DNA of 63,447 nt, counting the filler, from Candidatus Rokuibacteriota bacterium (GTDB lineage: Bacteria; JAUVQV01; DATDCY01): the NCBI GenBank assembly GCA_031406795.1. It is 5 parts of 5 records of this genome, joined end to end, with 100 filler letters (N's around TTAATTAATTAA, not from the genome) between each part and the next. Parts side by side here need not be neighbours in the genome. Positions count along the whole stretch, not along the records: positions 61,104 to 63,447 come from JANOHV010000183.1; 4 more parts are not named here. The stretch is one strand, 5' to 3'. Numbering within the stretch: the stretch's first letter is position 1; the number at the start of each line of letters is the position of its first letter. The position numbers and the translations under genes were made by a program. Of this stretch, positions 62,171 through 63,447 are shown in pieces. A model generated the notes under the pieces. It was not told the origin of the DNA. It searched no databases and worked only from the letters and a program-made list of their open reading frames with translations.

Positions 62171-62370
62171 GTTCGCGAGGTGGCAGGGGGTCACTGAGGG
62201 AAGATGCGCGGAGCCGCCGATCAGCCCGGAACCTTGCCCGGGGCGGTCCCAACGGGACGCGGGCTCGTTGTTTGAGCCGCAGGCGAGTTACGAGTCCGCG
62301 AGCCCCGGGCATGGCTCCGGGCCGGCGGCGCAGACGCACGACCGAAGGGACACCCTGACGCCTCGCGAAC
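62171..62370. repeat. ~200-nt branched imperfect palindrome between convergent genes
   Basis: Outer arms gttcgcgagg/cctcgcgaac; inner arms gcccggggc/gccccgggc; central hairpins. Confidence 0.7.
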
Positions 62371-62397
62371 GGAGACGCGTCCGATTCCTGTTGCCCG

Positions 62398-63096
62398 CTA
62401 CCTGCGGCGGCCGAAGAGGTTCAGCAGCATCAGGAAGATGTTGATGAAGTCCAGGTACAGCGTCAGCGCGCCCAGAATCGAGGCCTTGCGCCGCGTCGAC
62501 TCGTCGCCGAAGCCGGCCGCGCCGATCGCCTTGATCTTCTGGGTGTCGTACGCCGTGAGCCCGACGAAGACGATCACTCCGCACACGCTCGCGACCCAGG
62601 CGACCATCGGGCTGTGCAGGAACATGTTCACCAGCGACGCGATGATCACGCCGATCAGGCCCATGAACAGGAAGCTTCCCCAGGAAGTCAGGTCCTTCTT
62701 CGTCAGATACCCGTACGCGCTCATCGCGCCGAAAGTCGAGGCGGAGACAAAGAACGTCGCGGCGATGGACCCGCCGGTGTAAATGAGGAATATCGAGGCC
62801 AGCGTCACCCCGTTGAGCGCGGAGTAGAGCAGGAAGAGCCCGGTTGCGGCGCCGGCGCTGAGGCGGTTGATGGCGCCGCTGATGGCGATCACCAGCCCGA
62901 GTTCGCCGAAGACGAGCGCGTAGAACACCATGCGGTTCCCGAAGATGGCCTTGAGCAGCGCGGGACTGCCCGCCGTGAAGAGCGCCGCCACGCTGGTGAG
63001 CGCGAGGCCGGCGAACATCCAGGCGTAGACGCGGCGGACGAACTCCACGGGGATCGCGGCGGTGCGATCGACGGGATAGCTCACGGTTGAATTCAA
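62398..63096 (-). CDS. Bax inhibitor-1/YccA family membrane protein
   Basis: FVRRVYAWMFAGL, LYSALNG, LTAYDTQKIK, GALTLYLDFINIFL; GAGGAGGAG RBS before the TTG start. Confidence 0.92.
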   Translation of the reverse strand: MNSTVSYPVDRTAAIPVEFVRRVYAWMFAGLALTSVAALFTAGSPALLKAIFGNRMVFYALVFGELGLVIAISGAINRLSAGAATGLFLLYSALNGVTLASIFLIYTGGSIAATFFVSASTFGAMSAYGYLTKKDLTSWGSFLFMGLIGVIIASLVNMFLHSPMVAWVASVCGVIVFVGLTAYDTQKIKAIGAAGFGDESTRRKASILGALTLYLDFINIFLMLLNLFGRRR

Positions 63097-63447
63097 GTCG
63101 GCTCCTCCTCGCGGTTCGCGCGGGTCATGGTTCGCTTGTTCATTCCTGCCAAAATAGCAGATTGTGGCGCATCTTTCCACAGGCATTCGCCCTGGCGCCG
63201 GCTTCAAGGCCTGCCGACGTGCCCGGTTTGACGCCGCCGGATTCAGGCTCGCTCCGGTCGATGCGGCTTCTCGGCGAGGCGACCGCAATCACCATGAGGA
63301 AACCGGAACTTGAAAGCCAGGTACTACAAATAATGTCCGCAGGACGCGGACGTCGCCAAGAAGAGTTTGAGGTGACGGCGCCTCCGGCGTTGAATGACGG
63401 TGGGTTGGCAGCGATTACGGCAGAAGAGGAGTCAGAGTGAGCAACAG

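Noticed and set aside
63294-63440. Short ORF at the window end
   Set aside because: No supporting motif; more likely the leader of a gene starting at the GTG at 63437 after GAGGAG.

Overview
GC-rich bacterial draft assembly. Gene content suggests a Deltaproteobacteria-like/Desulfobacterota-like metagenome-assembled genome (inference). Five contigs are joined by artificial 100-nt N/TTAATTAATTAA linkers (18770-18869, 45558-45657, 51944-52043, 61004-61103), so adjacency across the linkers is meaningless. Contig 1: a defence patch (type III Res, SIR2-like, BRO-N) abutting carB, then carAB with an inserted gene, a TIGR01212 radical SAM, mnmG, a Fis-like protein, an FG-GAP protein and a porin. Contig 2: TetR-MFP-RND-TolC, msrAB, an S41 protease, vapBC, addBA, a membrane pseudokinase, purC, a BPH-like proteasome homologue, fused hisHF and a SprT-like protein. 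Contig 3 has identical 127-bp ends (circular or tandem-amplified unit) and an in-frame SOUL::groEL junction. Contig 4 is a mosaic heavy-metal island with relics of type III mod/res, groEL and cusA. Contig 5: a FabH-like pseudoenzyme, a 200-nt palindrome and BI-1/YccA. Main observations: (i) the SIR2-BRO cassette is bracketed by a duplicated carB 3' end, an attL/attR-like signature; (ii) the circular SOUL::groEL unit; (iii) a Cys/His-repeat metal-binding protein sits where czcC is normally found; (iv) MITE-like and REP repeat families supply stop codons to host genes. All family assignments come from motif recognition, not database searches.
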